Source: Desulfurobacterium atlanticum
GTDB taxonomy: Bacteria; Aquificota; Aquificia; Desulfurobacteriales; Desulfurobacteriaceae
NCBI RefSeq assembly: GCF_900188395.1
Contig: NZ_FZOB01000001.1
Span: 198,101-262,100 of the forward strand
Reading direction: 5' to 3'
DNA: 64,000 nt
Under the pieces are notes generated by a model. The model did not search any database. It was given only the letters and a program-made list of their open reading frames with translations, and had not been told where the DNA came from. Below, one piece after another: positions 38,513 through 48,086 of this stretch. Each line of letters starts with the position of its first letter. Positions within the stretch are counted from its first letter, which is position 1. The position numbers were made by a program, and so were the translations under genes.

Positions 38513-39258
38513 AGGGCTTCCTTAAAATATAGATGTTTTGATTTTCTATATTCTGGATAAAATTTTGCAAGTAGCTTTACTAACTCTTCAAGTTCAATCT
38601 GTCCTGGTGCAACAGCCTTCCCTATAAAGGTATATGTAAGTAAAGATCCAAAAATAAACCCATCAACTCTGGATATTGAACCTTTCTCTCCCATAAGCAT
38701 GAATATTTTAGGAAAAGAGATTTTGTTCATCAAGCTGGATACGTTTGTAACATCACTGTAACTGTTTGCTTTGAATGCACATTTAACAATATCAGCTTTA
38801 AGATTCCTTGCTTTTTCAAATATATCCTGTATGGATTTTTCATCTGGAGTTTTCTCAAAATCGTGATAGGAAATGATAACTTTTTTCCCGTTTGCTTTTG
38901 CAAAAGTGATGGTGCGTTTTAAAATAGCTTCAGCTCTTAACTCTATATCTATTGCAGCAACAGCTGGATGAGAAATGATATTGTGAAATACAGCAAACCT
39001 CTCTTCTTCATCTTTTTTGAACTTTCCACCTTCCCAGATGGGTCTTACTGTTGCAATACAGAAAAATCCAAAATCTGCGATTGTATCAAGAAATCTTTTA
39101 ACAGACTTTTTTGATACAGTTTCAAGAAGATCAACTCTTGCTTCTATAAGGTCTGCTTTCAGCTCTCGCGCTTTGAAAAGCTTATCTTTTAAATTGACTC
39201 CATCTATTGCAACAATTACTCTTGGTATTTTTCCAAGCTCTACCGTTCCTAAAAACAT
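38509..39258 (-). CDS. aroD: 3-dehydroquinate dehydratase, type I
   Basis: 249 aa; ADLIEARVDLL and TIM-barrel pattern of type I DHQase with Schiff-base Lys region. Confidence 0.75.
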   Translation of the reverse strand: MFLGTVELGKIPRVIVAIDGVNLKDKLFKARELKADLIEARVDLLETVSKKSVKRFLDTIADFGFFCIATVRPIWEGGKFKKDEEERFAVFHNIISHPAVAAIDIELRAEAILKRTITFAKANGKKVIISYHDFEKTPDEKSIQDIFEKARNLKADIVKCAFKANSYSDVTNVSSLMNKISFPKIFMLMGEKGSISRVDGFIFGSLLTYTFIGKAVAPGQIELEELVKLLAKFYPEYRKSKHLYFKEAL

Positions 39259-39262
39259 TGTT

Positions 39263-39586
39263 TCACCTGTGCCTGTATATTTTTACTTCTACATCTTGAA
39301 CAGTTATAAGTCCTTCTTCCACTATTTCGTCAAGTATATTAATAAACTTTTCTATTTTTTCTTCAAGGTCAACTATTTCTATTATAAGAGGGATATTAAT
39401 GGATAGAGATAACAGATTGATGGTGTGTATTTTTGAATGAGAGCCTATGCCAGCTACAGCTTTTAGAACTGTAGCACCTGCAATTCCGCTTTCCTTTGCT
39501 TTACTAAGTATAACTTTCCACAACGGTTTTCCGTTGTATTTATCTTCACTGTCTATATATATTTTGAGCAGTTTCTCTTTTTTCAC
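39263..39586 (-). CDS. DUF190 (PII-like fold) protein
   Basis: 107 aa; LKIYIDSEDKYNGKPLWKVILSKAKESGIAGATVLKAVAGIG matches DUF190/COG1993. Confidence 0.6.
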   Translation of the reverse strand: MKKEKLLKIYIDSEDKYNGKPLWKVILSKAKESGIAGATVLKAVAGIGSHSKIHTINLLSLSINIPLIIEIVDLEEKIEKFINILDEIVEEGLITVQDVEVKIYRHR

Positions 39587-39595
39587 TGTTCTCTC

Positions 39596-41317
39596 CTAAT
39601 ATTCTCTTGTAACTCTCAATACTTCTTCAGGTGTTGTATAGCCTTTCGCTATTTTTATTCTACCTATATCCCTTAGTGTCCTCATACCTTCAAGTTTGGC
39701 TATCTGTCTTATATCGTCGCTTGTTTTACCTTTAAGTATTGCATCTCTAACTTTGTGTGTCATTTCAAGAACTTCATAAAGCCCCACTCTGCCTTTATAC
39801 CCACTGCCGTTGCAGTACTCACATCCTTTTCCTTTATAGGTTTTAACTGACATCGCTTCTTCTTTGGAGAATCCAACTTCCATAAGAACTTCTAAAGGGT
39901 ACTTATAAGGTTCCTTGCAATGTGAACATATTTTTCTTGCAAGTCTTTGGGCTATAACAATCAAGACGGATGAAGAAACAAGGAACGACTCTATTCCCAT
40001 ATCAATAAGCCTTGTAACGGTACTTGGAGCATCGTTTGTGTGAAGGGTGGAAAATACAAGGTGACCTGTAAGAGCTGACTCTATTGCTATCTGGGCAGTT
40101 TCTTTATCCCTTATCTCACCGACCATGATAATGTCCGGGTCCTGTCTTAAAAACGCTCTTAGCACCCTTGCAAAGTCAAGTCCTATTTCATGTTTTATCT
40201 GAACCTGGTTAATCCCGTAAAGGTTATATTCTACAGGATCTTCTGCAGTCATTATATTTACTTCAGGGGTATTAACGGTAAGTAGAGAAGAGTATAGAGT
40301 GGTTGTTTTACCTGAACCTGTTGGTCCGGTAACAAGCACCATACCGTAAGGTGCCTTTATCGCTTTTAAAAGTAGTTTATATTCTCTATCTTCAAGTCCG
40401 AGTTTTGAAAGGTCAAGCTGTAAGTTCCCTTTATCCAGAATTCTTAAAACTATCTTTTCACCGAAAATCGTTGGAAGAGTAGATACCCTGAAATCTATTT
40501 TTCTACCTTTATATTTAACTGACATTCTTCCGTCTTGAGGAAGGCGTTTTTCTGCTATGTCAAGATTACTTAAAACTTTAAATCTGGCTGCTACTGCATC
40601 TTTAATTTCGGGAGAGTATTTCCCTACAATGTGGAGCACTCCATCTATTCTGTATCTTATTCTCAGCTCTTTTTCAAAAGGTTCTATATGAATATCACTT
40701 GCTCCTCTTTTAAGAGCTTCAAGAACAATTGCGTTAACAAGTTTTACTATAGGCGCTTGAGTTGCAAGTTGTTTTAGATTATCAAGAGAGACAACTGTTT
40801 CTTTTGAAGGAGTTTCCTCTTCAAGTTCTTCTGCTTCAGCAGTTTCTTTTTCACTTAACAATTCCTGTTTTAGTTTTGAGAAAAAATCCTCTTCTATCTT
40901 TCCGTAAACTTCTTCAAGTTTCTGTTTTATTCTGAAAGGAAGAGCTACAAACGGTTCTATTTTGAAGCCTGTTGAGAATCTGAGTTTTTCTATTGTCTGT
41001 AGGTCTGAAGGGTCAGCCATTGCAAGTTTTAAGTTTGGTCCTATTCTTCCGATTGGAAGAATCATATTTTTTTCGGCGGTACTTTGAGGTATTAGTTTAA
41101 TCACGTCTTCACTGGGTTTTATTTCCCTAAGATCTACGAAAGGAACGTTGTAAACTTGAGAAAGCATTTCAAGAAGTTCTGTTTCATCTATAAGTTTGTT
41201 TTTTATAAGCTGTTCAAAGAAATCCCCTTCAGATGTTTTTAATTTTTGGATAGTTTCCTTTGGAATACCACTTGCTATCAATCTTTTTTCTATTTGCTCT
41301 ATTAAATTTTTATCCAT
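39596..41317 (-). CDS. pilB: Type IV pilus assembly ATPase PilB (GspE family)
   Basis: 573 aa; N-terminal T2SSE_N domain, Walker A GPTGSGKTTT, tetracysteine CxxC...CxxC (CSHCKEP...CEYCNGSGY). Confidence 0.9.
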   Translation of the reverse strand: MDKNLIEQIEKRLIASGIPKETIQKLKTSEGDFFEQLIKNKLIDETELLEMLSQVYNVPFVDLREIKPSEDVIKLIPQSTAEKNMILPIGRIGPNLKLAMADPSDLQTIEKLRFSTGFKIEPFVALPFRIKQKLEEVYGKIEEDFFSKLKQELLSEKETAEAEELEEETPSKETVVSLDNLKQLATQAPIVKLVNAIVLEALKRGASDIHIEPFEKELRIRYRIDGVLHIVGKYSPEIKDAVAARFKVLSNLDIAEKRLPQDGRMSVKYKGRKIDFRVSTLPTIFGEKIVLRILDKGNLQLDLSKLGLEDREYKLLLKAIKAPYGMVLVTGPTGSGKTTTLYSSLLTVNTPEVNIMTAEDPVEYNLYGINQVQIKHEIGLDFARVLRAFLRQDPDIIMVGEIRDKETAQIAIESALTGHLVFSTLHTNDAPSTVTRLIDMGIESFLVSSSVLIVIAQRLARKICSHCKEPYKYPLEVLMEVGFSKEEAMSVKTYKGKGCEYCNGSGYKGRVGLYEVLEMTHKVRDAILKGKTSDDIRQIAKLEGMRTLRDIGRIKIAKGYTTPEEVLRVTREY

Positions 41318-41343
41318 AATAGGAATACTCCTTAAAGAGCCTT

Positions 41344-41967
41344 TTATCTACTTTCGGATACTTCTCTCAACTTGTGGAGAAGATCCGCAGGGCTTTTAAT
41401 GGGAAATTCTATCATATCTATTAACTCTTCAGCATCTCTTCCTTTTACAGAAATTCCTTTTAATCTTTGTTTTAGTAGTTCCTTTTCATTTTCATAAATG
41501 GGAAAGTCAATACCTTTTATAGATGTAAGAACTTCTACAGGCCATACTACATCAAAAAGCTGGGAAAGATAAGTTTTACATACTGCATTAACAAAAGAGA
41601 TGTTGTCTCTCCCTTCTTTTACTTCTCTGTATGCTAATTTTGCAAGACCTCCTGCAGTATGCACTTTTATCTCTTTACTTTCCAGTTCTCCTTCAAGTTT
41701 TTTTAGTACAAGTTCAGGATCTGCTGCAAGCATATTTCTTACTGTTTGTTTTGTTATACCTATAAATTCTGCAATCTCATCTTCTGTTTTCATTCCCTCT
41801 TCTTTAAGAACCACTGCATAGCAGGCTTCCATTAAGCTTGGAACCCACGTAAGATTTCTATATTCAAACAGTTTCCTTGGCCCTCCAATGATTTCAAGAG
41901 CTTTTAGAAATACTCTGAGTGCAATAGTATCGTAGTCTTTCTCTTGAGGTTTCACTTCTATTACCAT
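41344..41967 (-). CDS. Hypothetical HTH-containing protein
   Basis: 207 aa; probable HTH TEDEIAEFIGITKQTVRNML; immediately upstream (same strand) of pilB. Confidence 0.45.
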   Translation of the reverse strand: MVIEVKPQEKDYDTIALRVFLKALEIIGGPRKLFEYRNLTWVPSLMEACYAVVLKEEGMKTEDEIAEFIGITKQTVRNMLAADPELVLKKLEGELESKEIKVHTAGGLAKLAYREVKEGRDNISFVNAVCKTYLSQLFDVVWPVEVLTSIKGIDFPIYENEKELLKQRLKGISVKGRDAEELIDMIEFPIKSPADLLHKLREVSESR

Positions 41968-42083
41968 CTTTTTCCTCCCGGGTTGATATTTTGGCTGTTT
42001 CTTTTCATTTACTTTATTTTATATAATTTCACTTAACACTTACAGTCTGAAATTAAATTTCACTAAGTATTTAGGAGAAGGTT

Positions 42084-43328
42084 ATGAAAAGAAGAGTTGT
42101 GGTAACAGGAATAGGTGTTGTTTCACCTGCTGGAAGTGATGTTGATACGTTCTGGAAGAACATTACAAACGGGCTTTCCTGTGTTTCAAAGATTACAAAA
42201 TTTGATACTTCTGGTTTTCCCGTTCAAATAGCTGCAGAAGTTAAAGACTTTGATCCGTTGAATTATTTTGACAAAAAAGAGGTCCGGAAAACTGACGAAT
42301 TTATTCAGTATGCAGTTGCCGCTTCTGCTCAGGCTATAGAGATGTCTGGACTTGATCTTGAATCTATAAATCTCAATAGGGCCGGTGTTCTCATCGGTTC
42401 AGGTATAGGCGGTATAGGTACTATAGAAAAGCAGCATGAAATTTTAATGACAAAAGGTCCAAAAAGGGTATCTCCATTTTTTGTTCCTATGGAAATAATA
42501 AATATGGCTTCTGGTTACGTTTCTATCCGTTTTGGTTTTAAAGGTCCAAACCTGTCTGTTGTTACTGCATGTGCAACAGGTACTCATGCTATAGGGGAAG
42601 CTTTTAGAACAATACAGTATGGTGATGCTGATATTATGATAGCCGGTGGAACAGAAAGTGCAATTACTCCTTTAAGTGTTGCTGGATTTGCTGCTGCTAA
42701 AGCTCTTTCAAACAGGAATGATGAGCCTGAAAGGGCGAGTCGTCCATTTGAGAAAAACAGAAACGGATTTGTTATGGGAGAAGGTTGCGGAATTTTAATT
42801 CTTGAAGAATATGAGCATGCTGTTAAAAGGGGAGCTTCTATACTTGCAGAGGTTGTAGGTTATGCTACTACAGGAGATGCGTATCACATAACGGCTCCAG
42901 CACCTGAAGGTGAGGGGGCTGCAAGAGCGATGGCAAATGCCATTAAGGATGCGGGTATAGAGCCTGATGATATTGATTATATAAATGCTCACGGAACATC
43001 TACTAAGTTTAATGATCTTTTTGAAACAATGGCTATAAAGAAAGTTTTTGGGGATTATGCCTACAAGCTGAAAATAAGCAGTATAAAATCCATGATAGGA
43101 CATCTTCTTGGAGCAGCAGGAGGAGTGGAGTCTGTGGCATCTGTTATGACTTTAAGGACGGGAATTATTCCTCCTACTATAAACTATGAAGAACCTGATC
43201 CTGAGTGTGATCTTTATTATGTTCCGAATAAAGCTGAAGAGGCTGATGTTAGATATGTTTTAAAGAACAACTTTGGTTTTGGTGGGACAAATGCCTGTCT
43301 TGTGTTTAAAAAGTATGATGGGGAGTAG
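42084..43328 (+). CDS. fabF: 3-oxoacyl-ACP synthase II
   Basis: 414 aa; active-site Cys ([10 protein letters not shown]), His-His (HGTST..., GHLLGAAG). Confidence 0.95.
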   Translation: MKRRVVVTGIGVVSPAGSDVDTFWKNITNGLSCVSKITKFDTSGFPVQIAAEVKDFDPLNYFDKKEVRKTDEFIQYAVAASAQAIEMSGLDLESINLNRAGVLIGSGIGGIGTIEKQHEILMTKGPKRVSPFFVPMEIINMASGYVSIRFGFKGPNLSVVTACATGTHAIGEAFRTIQYGDADIMIAGGTESAITPLSVAGFAAAKALSNRNDEPERASRPFEKNRNGFVMGEGCGILILEEYEHAVKRGASILAEVVGYATTGDAYHITAPAPEGEGAARAMANAIKDAGIEPDDIDYINAHGTSTKFNDLFETMAIKKVFGDYAYKLKISSIKSMIGHLLGAAGGVESVASVMTLRTGIIPPTINYEEPDPECDLYYVPNKAEEADVRYVLKNNFGFGGTNACLVFKKYDGE

Positions 43329-43330
43329 TA

Positions 43331-44032
43331 GTGAGTTTAATAGATGTTAAGTTGGATGAGCTTGAAGAGAAACTTGGCTATAGTTTCAAAAATAGAGAGC
43401 TCCTTTACAGGGCTCTCACTCATACCTCTTATGCTTTTGAGAAAAAAGATGTAACAGAGAATTACGAGGTTCTTGAATTTCTTGGAGATTCTGTTATAGG
43501 GTTAATTGTGAGTGAAAAACTTGTGGAAAGGTTCCCGGAAAAGTCGGAGGGAGAGTTATCCCAGATAAGGGCATTTCTTGTGAGTGAGCCGTCCCTTGCA
43601 AAGCTTGCAAGGAGTGTTGATTTGGGGAAATTTATATTTCTTGGAAAAGGGGAAATAAAATCTGGAGGGAAGGAGAAAGATTCAATTTTGTGTGATGTTT
43701 TTGAATCCATATTTGGTGCTATATATCTTGATTCAAACTTTGAGACTGCTAAAAAAATTTTTGAAAATAAATTTATTGATGAAATGTGGCAAATACTTGA
43801 AAAGACAAGAACATATAAAGATTACAAAAGTTATCTTCAGGAAATTACACAGAGAGATTTTAAAACTATTCCTCAATACAGAGTTATTAAAGAAGAGGGG
43901 CCAGAACACTCTAAGGAATTTACTGTAGAGTGCTGGGTTAACGATTATGTTTCAGTTGCTTCTGGAAAATCAAAAAAGGAAGCTGAGCAGCTTGCTGCAG
44001 AAAAAATGTTGGAGAAATTGGGGATTTTATGA
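43331..44032 (+). CDS. rnc: Ribonuclease III
   Basis: 233 aa; RNase III signature ERLEFLGDS, C-terminal dsRBD. Confidence 0.95.
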   Translation: MSLIDVKLDELEEKLGYSFKNRELLYRALTHTSYAFEKKDVTENYEVLEFLGDSVIGLIVSEKLVERFPEKSEGELSQIRAFLVSEPSLAKLARSVDLGKFIFLGKGEIKSGGKEKDSILCDVFESIFGAIYLDSNFETAKKIFENKFIDEMWQILEKTRTYKDYKSYLQEITQRDFKTIPQYRVIKEEGPEHSKEFTVECWVNDYVSVASGKSKKEAEQLAAEKMLEKLGIL

Positions 44033-44616
44033 TAAATAGATTGCTTCTTCTTTCGTCTTCTCCAAGGAGGAGAGAAATTTTATCAATGGTTGGTGTGCCT
44101 TTCAGGGTTTTTTCAAACTTTAATGTTGAAGAAGTAATGGAAGGTGATCCTTTAAAGATTGCTGTGTCAAATGCATTGTTGAAGCTGCAAGCTGGAGCTT
44201 TTTTCCAAAAAAAGGATGAAATTGCACTTGCGGCAGATACACTTGTTGTTTTTGAAGACAAAATATATGGAAAACCGAAGGATGAAAAAGAGGCTGTAGA
44301 GATTTTAGAGGAACTTTCAGGTAACGTTCATACAGTTATAACAGGTTTTGCTATGAAGCTACCGGATAACAGAGTTTTGAAAGGATTTGACATTTCAAAT
44401 GTGAAATTTAAAAGTCTTTCAAATGAGGAAATAAAATGGTATGTTGGAACGGGAGAACCTCTTGACAAAGCAGGGGCTTACGGTATTCAAGGTAAAGGAG
44501 CCTTATTTGTGGAGCGTATAGAAGGGGACTTCTTTAACGTTATGGGTTTACCTATAGGAAAGATTTATGATATTCTATTAAATAACAATATAGACATTAA
44601 AAGTTTTGGTGGGTAG
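44029..44616 (+). CDS. maf: Maf-like nucleoside triphosphate pyrophosphatase
   Basis: 195 aa; LLSSSPRRREIL N-terminal Maf signature. Confidence 0.85.
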   Translation: MINRLLLLSSSPRRREILSMVGVPFRVFSNFNVEEVMEGDPLKIAVSNALLKLQAGAFFQKKDEIALAADTLVVFEDKIYGKPKDEKEAVEILEELSGNVHTVITGFAMKLPDNRVLKGFDISNVKFKSLSNEEIKWYVGTGEPLDKAGAYGIQGKGALFVERIEGDFFNVMGLPIGKIYDILLNNNIDIKSFGG

Positions 44617-44620
44617 AAAG

Positions 44621-45340
44621 ATGAATACTGGAATGATAACTATTTTGGTTGCTGCACTATTTTGTGGGATAGGGGTTGTTGCTGGCTTTTTAATAGGTAG
44701 AATGGCGGGGGGCTCTCCTAAGGAAGATAAAGAGATGCCTTCTATAGATGTGCATTCTATTGAAGCGGCTATCAGTGACTTAAAGAATTTAACTGAATCA
44801 TTAATAAAAGAGATAGAAAGTTCTACTAAAGAGGTTGTCTCATCCCAGAGAGAAAAAATATCTAAAATAATTTCTATAGTAGAGAGTCTTAAAGAACAGT
44901 TAAAATCTTCAGAGTTGCCGTTGAAGAGTTCTTCTTATATTGATGATATTTTGTTTTCGCTAAAAAGTATAGATATGAATTCTCTGCCATCTCTTGAAAT
45001 TGATGAAAATCTTGTTGTTAAATTGAAAGATAAAGTAGATATTATAAGAACGGAAATTGAGTCTTTAAAGCTTTCTATTAATGAAAAGAAAGATAAAGAA
45101 ATTAAAGAAAAGCCTGAAGTTTCTATGGATTTTGGAAAAATAGAGGAAGCTATTAGATTTGCAAGAGAGATAAATGAAGAAGCGGTAAAGGGAGATTTGA
45201 TAAGTTTGATGTATGCTTTTAAGGACTATGATAAAACAGATTTATTAAAGACCATTGATAATATAGCTTTAAATTCCAAGCAACTTGTATTTATTTTAGA
45301 AGATTTTCTTAATAAGGCAAAAGAGAGGGAAATAAGATGA
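44621..45340 (+). CDS. Membrane-anchored coiled-coil protein (hypothetical)
   Basis: Start at internal Met (MNTGMITILVAALFCGIGVVAGFLIG single TM) followed by ~200 aa Lys/Glu/Ser-rich helical region. Confidence 0.45.
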   Translation: MNTGMITILVAALFCGIGVVAGFLIGRMAGGSPKEDKEMPSIDVHSIEAAISDLKNLTESLIKEIESSTKEVVSSQREKISKIISIVESLKEQLKSSELPLKSSSYIDDILFSLKSIDMNSLPSLEIDENLVVKLKDKVDIIRTEIESLKLSINEKKDKEIKEKPEVSMDFGKIEEAIRFAREINEEAVKGDLISLMYAFKDYDKTDLLKTIDNIALNSKQLVFILEDFLNKAKEREIR

Positions 45341-46368
45341 AGGTCCTTTACGCAGATGCTAAAAATATGTGGCATAAGCTTATGGAGAAAGTTCTTGAAC
45401 CAAGGGGAGTTGAAATTGTCCATGCTTACTCTCTAAAAGAAGTTTTAAATAAAATCAATTCAGAGAAGCCAGAAGTTGCCATTTTAAATGTATCACTTAG
45501 AAATGGTAAAGCTTATGAAATAATTCCAAATATTTTTTCTTTAGGTGTTCCTGTTATTCTTATAGGTCTTAAAAGTGAAGGGCTTGATGAAGAGAAAGCT
45601 AAAGCTCTGGGAGTTAAATTTGTCCTGCCAAAACCTTTTACTGTGGATGATCTTTTCAGGGCGATAAATGAAGCAAGGCTTGAAAAGCCGAAAGTGGAGG
45701 ATAAAGAAGAACTTCCGGCTATTGTTCATAGTGGTGGAGTAAAAGAACCTGTTGAAGATGAAGAGGTTATAGATTTGACTCCAGTTGAGCAGGAACAGCA
45801 TGTTGATGAATTAGAAGTGGAGCCTATCGTTACAGAAGCTTCTGTTATCCCTAAAATTGAAGATGAGCATGATGAGTTAGTTATGGAGCCTTCAGAAGAA
45901 GGTGTTATTGAGATAGAGCCTGTTTCCGATTTATCAATTGAAGAGGAAACTTCACAACATGAAGAACTTTCTCTGGAACCGGAAGAGAAAGATATGCTTT
46001 CAAAAGCTTTTGGAATTACTAAAGAAGGAGATGTAAATTCATCAAAAGAGGAAGAAGAGATTCCGGTTGTTGAGGAGAATGTGCAGTCTGAAATGGAAAC
46101 TGAAAAGGAAGAAGAAAAAGAGCCTGAGGTATTATCAGAACCTGAATCTGAAGGGACTAAAGAGATTGAAAGAGAAACAGAGAAAGTGGCTTTATCCACT
46201 CAGGATTTTAAAGAGTTAAAGGAGGAGGTTAAAGCCAAAATTTTAAAAGATCTTGAAAAAGAAATAAGAGAAGAGATAAGGGCTGTTATATGGGAAGTTA
46301 TCCCAGATATGGCAGAAAAGGTGATAAGAGAAGAGATAGAGAAATTTATAAAAAGCAGGTTAGTATAG
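45337..46368 (+). CDS. Pseudo-receiver (CheY-like, phospho-acceptor Asp replaced) domain protein with long poly-acidic linker and C-terminal amphipathic helix
   Basis: 343 aa; N-terminal ~120 aa (beta-alpha)5 REC-like, with VAILNVSL where receivers have LD; residues ~130-270 are >40% Glu/Asp low complexity; start overlaps previous gene (ATGA). Confidence 0.5.
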   Translation: MKVLYADAKNMWHKLMEKVLEPRGVEIVHAYSLKEVLNKINSEKPEVAILNVSLRNGKAYEIIPNIFSLGVPVILIGLKSEGLDEEKAKALGVKFVLPKPFTVDDLFRAINEARLEKPKVEDKEELPAIVHSGGVKEPVEDEEVIDLTPVEQEQHVDELEVEPIVTEASVIPKIEDEHDELVMEPSEEGVIEIEPVSDLSIEEETSQHEELSLEPEEKDMLSKAFGITKEGDVNSSKEEEEIPVVEENVQSEMETEKEEEKEPEVLSEPESEGTKEIERETEKVALSTQDFKELKEEVKAKILKDLEKEIREEIRAVIWEVIPDMAEKVIREEIEKFIKSRLV

Positions 46369-46371
46369 TTT

Positions 46372-46860
46372 ATGTTTAGGGTAGGAATAGGTTTTGATGT
46401 TCATAGGTTCGTTGAGGGTCGGCCATTAAAAATTGGTGGGGTTGAGATTCCCTTTGAGAAAGGTCTTTTAGGCCATTCGGATGCAGATGTTCTTCTTCAT
46501 GCTATTTCAGATGCTATTTTAGGAGCTGTAGCACTTGGTGATATTGGAAAACATTTTCCAGATAGTGATGAGAAGTATAAAGGAGCTAACAGCTTGGTTT
46601 TATTGGGTGCAGTTTATAGACTTCTGAAAGAAAAAGGGTTTAAAATTATCAATGTTGATTGTGTGGTAATTGCTCAAAAGCCAAAGTTAGCTCCCTATAT
46701 TGATGAAATGAGAAAAAATATATCTGTTGTTCTTGAGACTTCTTTTGAAAATGTATCTGTTAAAGCGACAACTACCGAAAGGCTTGGTTTTACAGGGAGA
46801 GAAGAGGGAATTGCAGCTCAAGCGGTAGTAATGGTTCAGGAGGTGAATAGTGGAATTTGA
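46372..46860 (+). CDS. ispF: 2-C-methyl-D-erythritol 2,4-cyclodiphosphate synthase
   Basis: 162 aa; GIGFDVHRF...[10 protein letters not shown] signature. Confidence 0.95.
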   Translation: MFRVGIGFDVHRFVEGRPLKIGGVEIPFEKGLLGHSDADVLLHAISDAILGAVALGDIGKHFPDSDEKYKGANSLVLLGAVYRLLKEKGFKIINVDCVVIAQKPKLAPYIDEMRKNISVVLETSFENVSVKATTTERLGFTGREEGIAAQAVVMVQEVNSGI

Positions 46861-47293
46861 GATGGATATTTTTGAAATAATGGAAGTGCTCCCCCATAGG
46901 TATCCTTTTCTTTTGGTTGATAGAATTGTTGAGTTTGAACCAAAAAAGAAAATAGTAGGGATAAAAAACGTTACCATTAATGAGCCTTTTTTTAATGGGC
47001 ATTTTCCTGGTCATCCAATAATGCCTGGAGTGCTTATCATTGAGGCTATGGCTCAGGTTGGTGGGATTTTGATGCTTAAGTCTTTTGAGATGAGAGCAGG
47101 AGATGTTGTTATCTACTTTATGGGTGTTGATAAGGCAAGGTTCAGAAATCCTGTGAGGCCGGGAGATCAGCTAAAGCTTGTTCTTGAGCCTATAGTTTTA
47201 AAGAGAACTGTTTCCAAAATGAAGGGTATTGCTTATGTTGGTGATAAAGTAGCAGCAGAAGCAGAAATTATGGCATCGGTGGTGAAAAAATGA
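46850..47293 (+). CDS. fabZ: 3-hydroxyacyl-ACP dehydratase
   Basis: 147 aa; [13 protein letters not shown]...[16 protein letters not shown] signature. Confidence 0.95.
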   Translation: MEFEMDIFEIMEVLPHRYPFLLVDRIVEFEPKKKIVGIKNVTINEPFFNGHFPGHPIMPGVLIIEAMAQVGGILMLKSFEMRAGDVVIYFMGVDKARFRNPVRPGDQLKLVLEPIVLKRTVSKMKGIAYVGDKVAAEAEIMASVVKK

Positions 47294-48069
47294 GTGTAAA
47301 TATTCATAAACTTGCTGTTGTTGAAAAAGGTGCTGAGCTTGATGATGGAGTTATTGTAGGTCCTTTTGCTTTTGTAGGTAAAGACGTAAAGGTAGGTAAG
47401 GATACTATTATAAAGACTGGTGCTGTTATTGAAGGTAAGACAACTATCGGAGAGAAATGCACCATCTATTCTGCAACCATAGGAGTTGCTCCGCAGGATT
47501 TAAAATATAAGGGAGAATCTTCAGAGGTTGTAATAGGGAATAGAACAGTAATAAGAGAGTATGCTACTATCCATCGTGGCACTGAAGGTGGTGGAATGGT
47601 AACTAAAGTTGGAGATGAGTGTCTGATAATGGCTTATTCCCATGTTGCTCATGATTGTAAACTTGGTAATCATGTTATTCTTGCAAATGTTGCAACTTTA
47701 GCAGGACATGTTGAAGTTGGAGATTGGGCAATTATTGGCGGAATGAGTGGGGTACATCAATTTGTAAGAATTGGAAAACACGCAATGATAGGAGGAGCAT
47801 CTGCTGTTGCAAGAGATGTTCCGCCTTTTACTGTTGCTATAGGGAACAGAGCAAAACTTGAGGGTATAAATCTTATAGGATTGAAAAGAAGAGGTTTTTC
47901 AAAAGAAACAATAAGAGCTCTTGCAACTGCGTTTGAGATGGTGTTTAAAACTGATGAGCCTTTAAGAGTTTCTCTTGAAAAAGTTAAAGAGGAGTTTCAA
48001 GATATTCCTGAAATTATTGAGTTTGTTGAGTTTATAGAGAAAAGCAAAAGAGGCGTTTGCACAGCTTAA
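47290..48069 (+). CDS. lpxA: UDP-N-acetylglucosamine O-acyltransferase
   Basis: 259 aa; hexapeptide left-handed beta-helix repeats, LpxA-type C-terminal helical domain; follows fabZ as in fabZ-lpxA operons. Confidence 0.9.
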   Translation: MSVNIHKLAVVEKGAELDDGVIVGPFAFVGKDVKVGKDTIIKTGAVIEGKTTIGEKCTIYSATIGVAPQDLKYKGESSEVVIGNRTVIREYATIHRGTEGGGMVTKVGDECLIMAYSHVAHDCKLGNHVILANVATLAGHVEVGDWAIIGGMSGVHQFVRIGKHAMIGGASAVARDVPPFTVAIGNRAKLEGINLIGLKRRGFSKETIRALATAFEMVFKTDEPLRVSLEKVKEEFQDIPEIIEFVEFIEKSKRGVCTA

Positions 48070-48086
48070 AATTTAAGGGGTGAAAG

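Noticed and set aside
45726-46199. 157-aa Ser/Thr-rich minus-strand ORF
   Set aside because: Antisense of the poly-Glu (GAA/GAG-rich) region of the pseudo-receiver gene; TTC/CTC codons generate artificial Ser/Phe runs.
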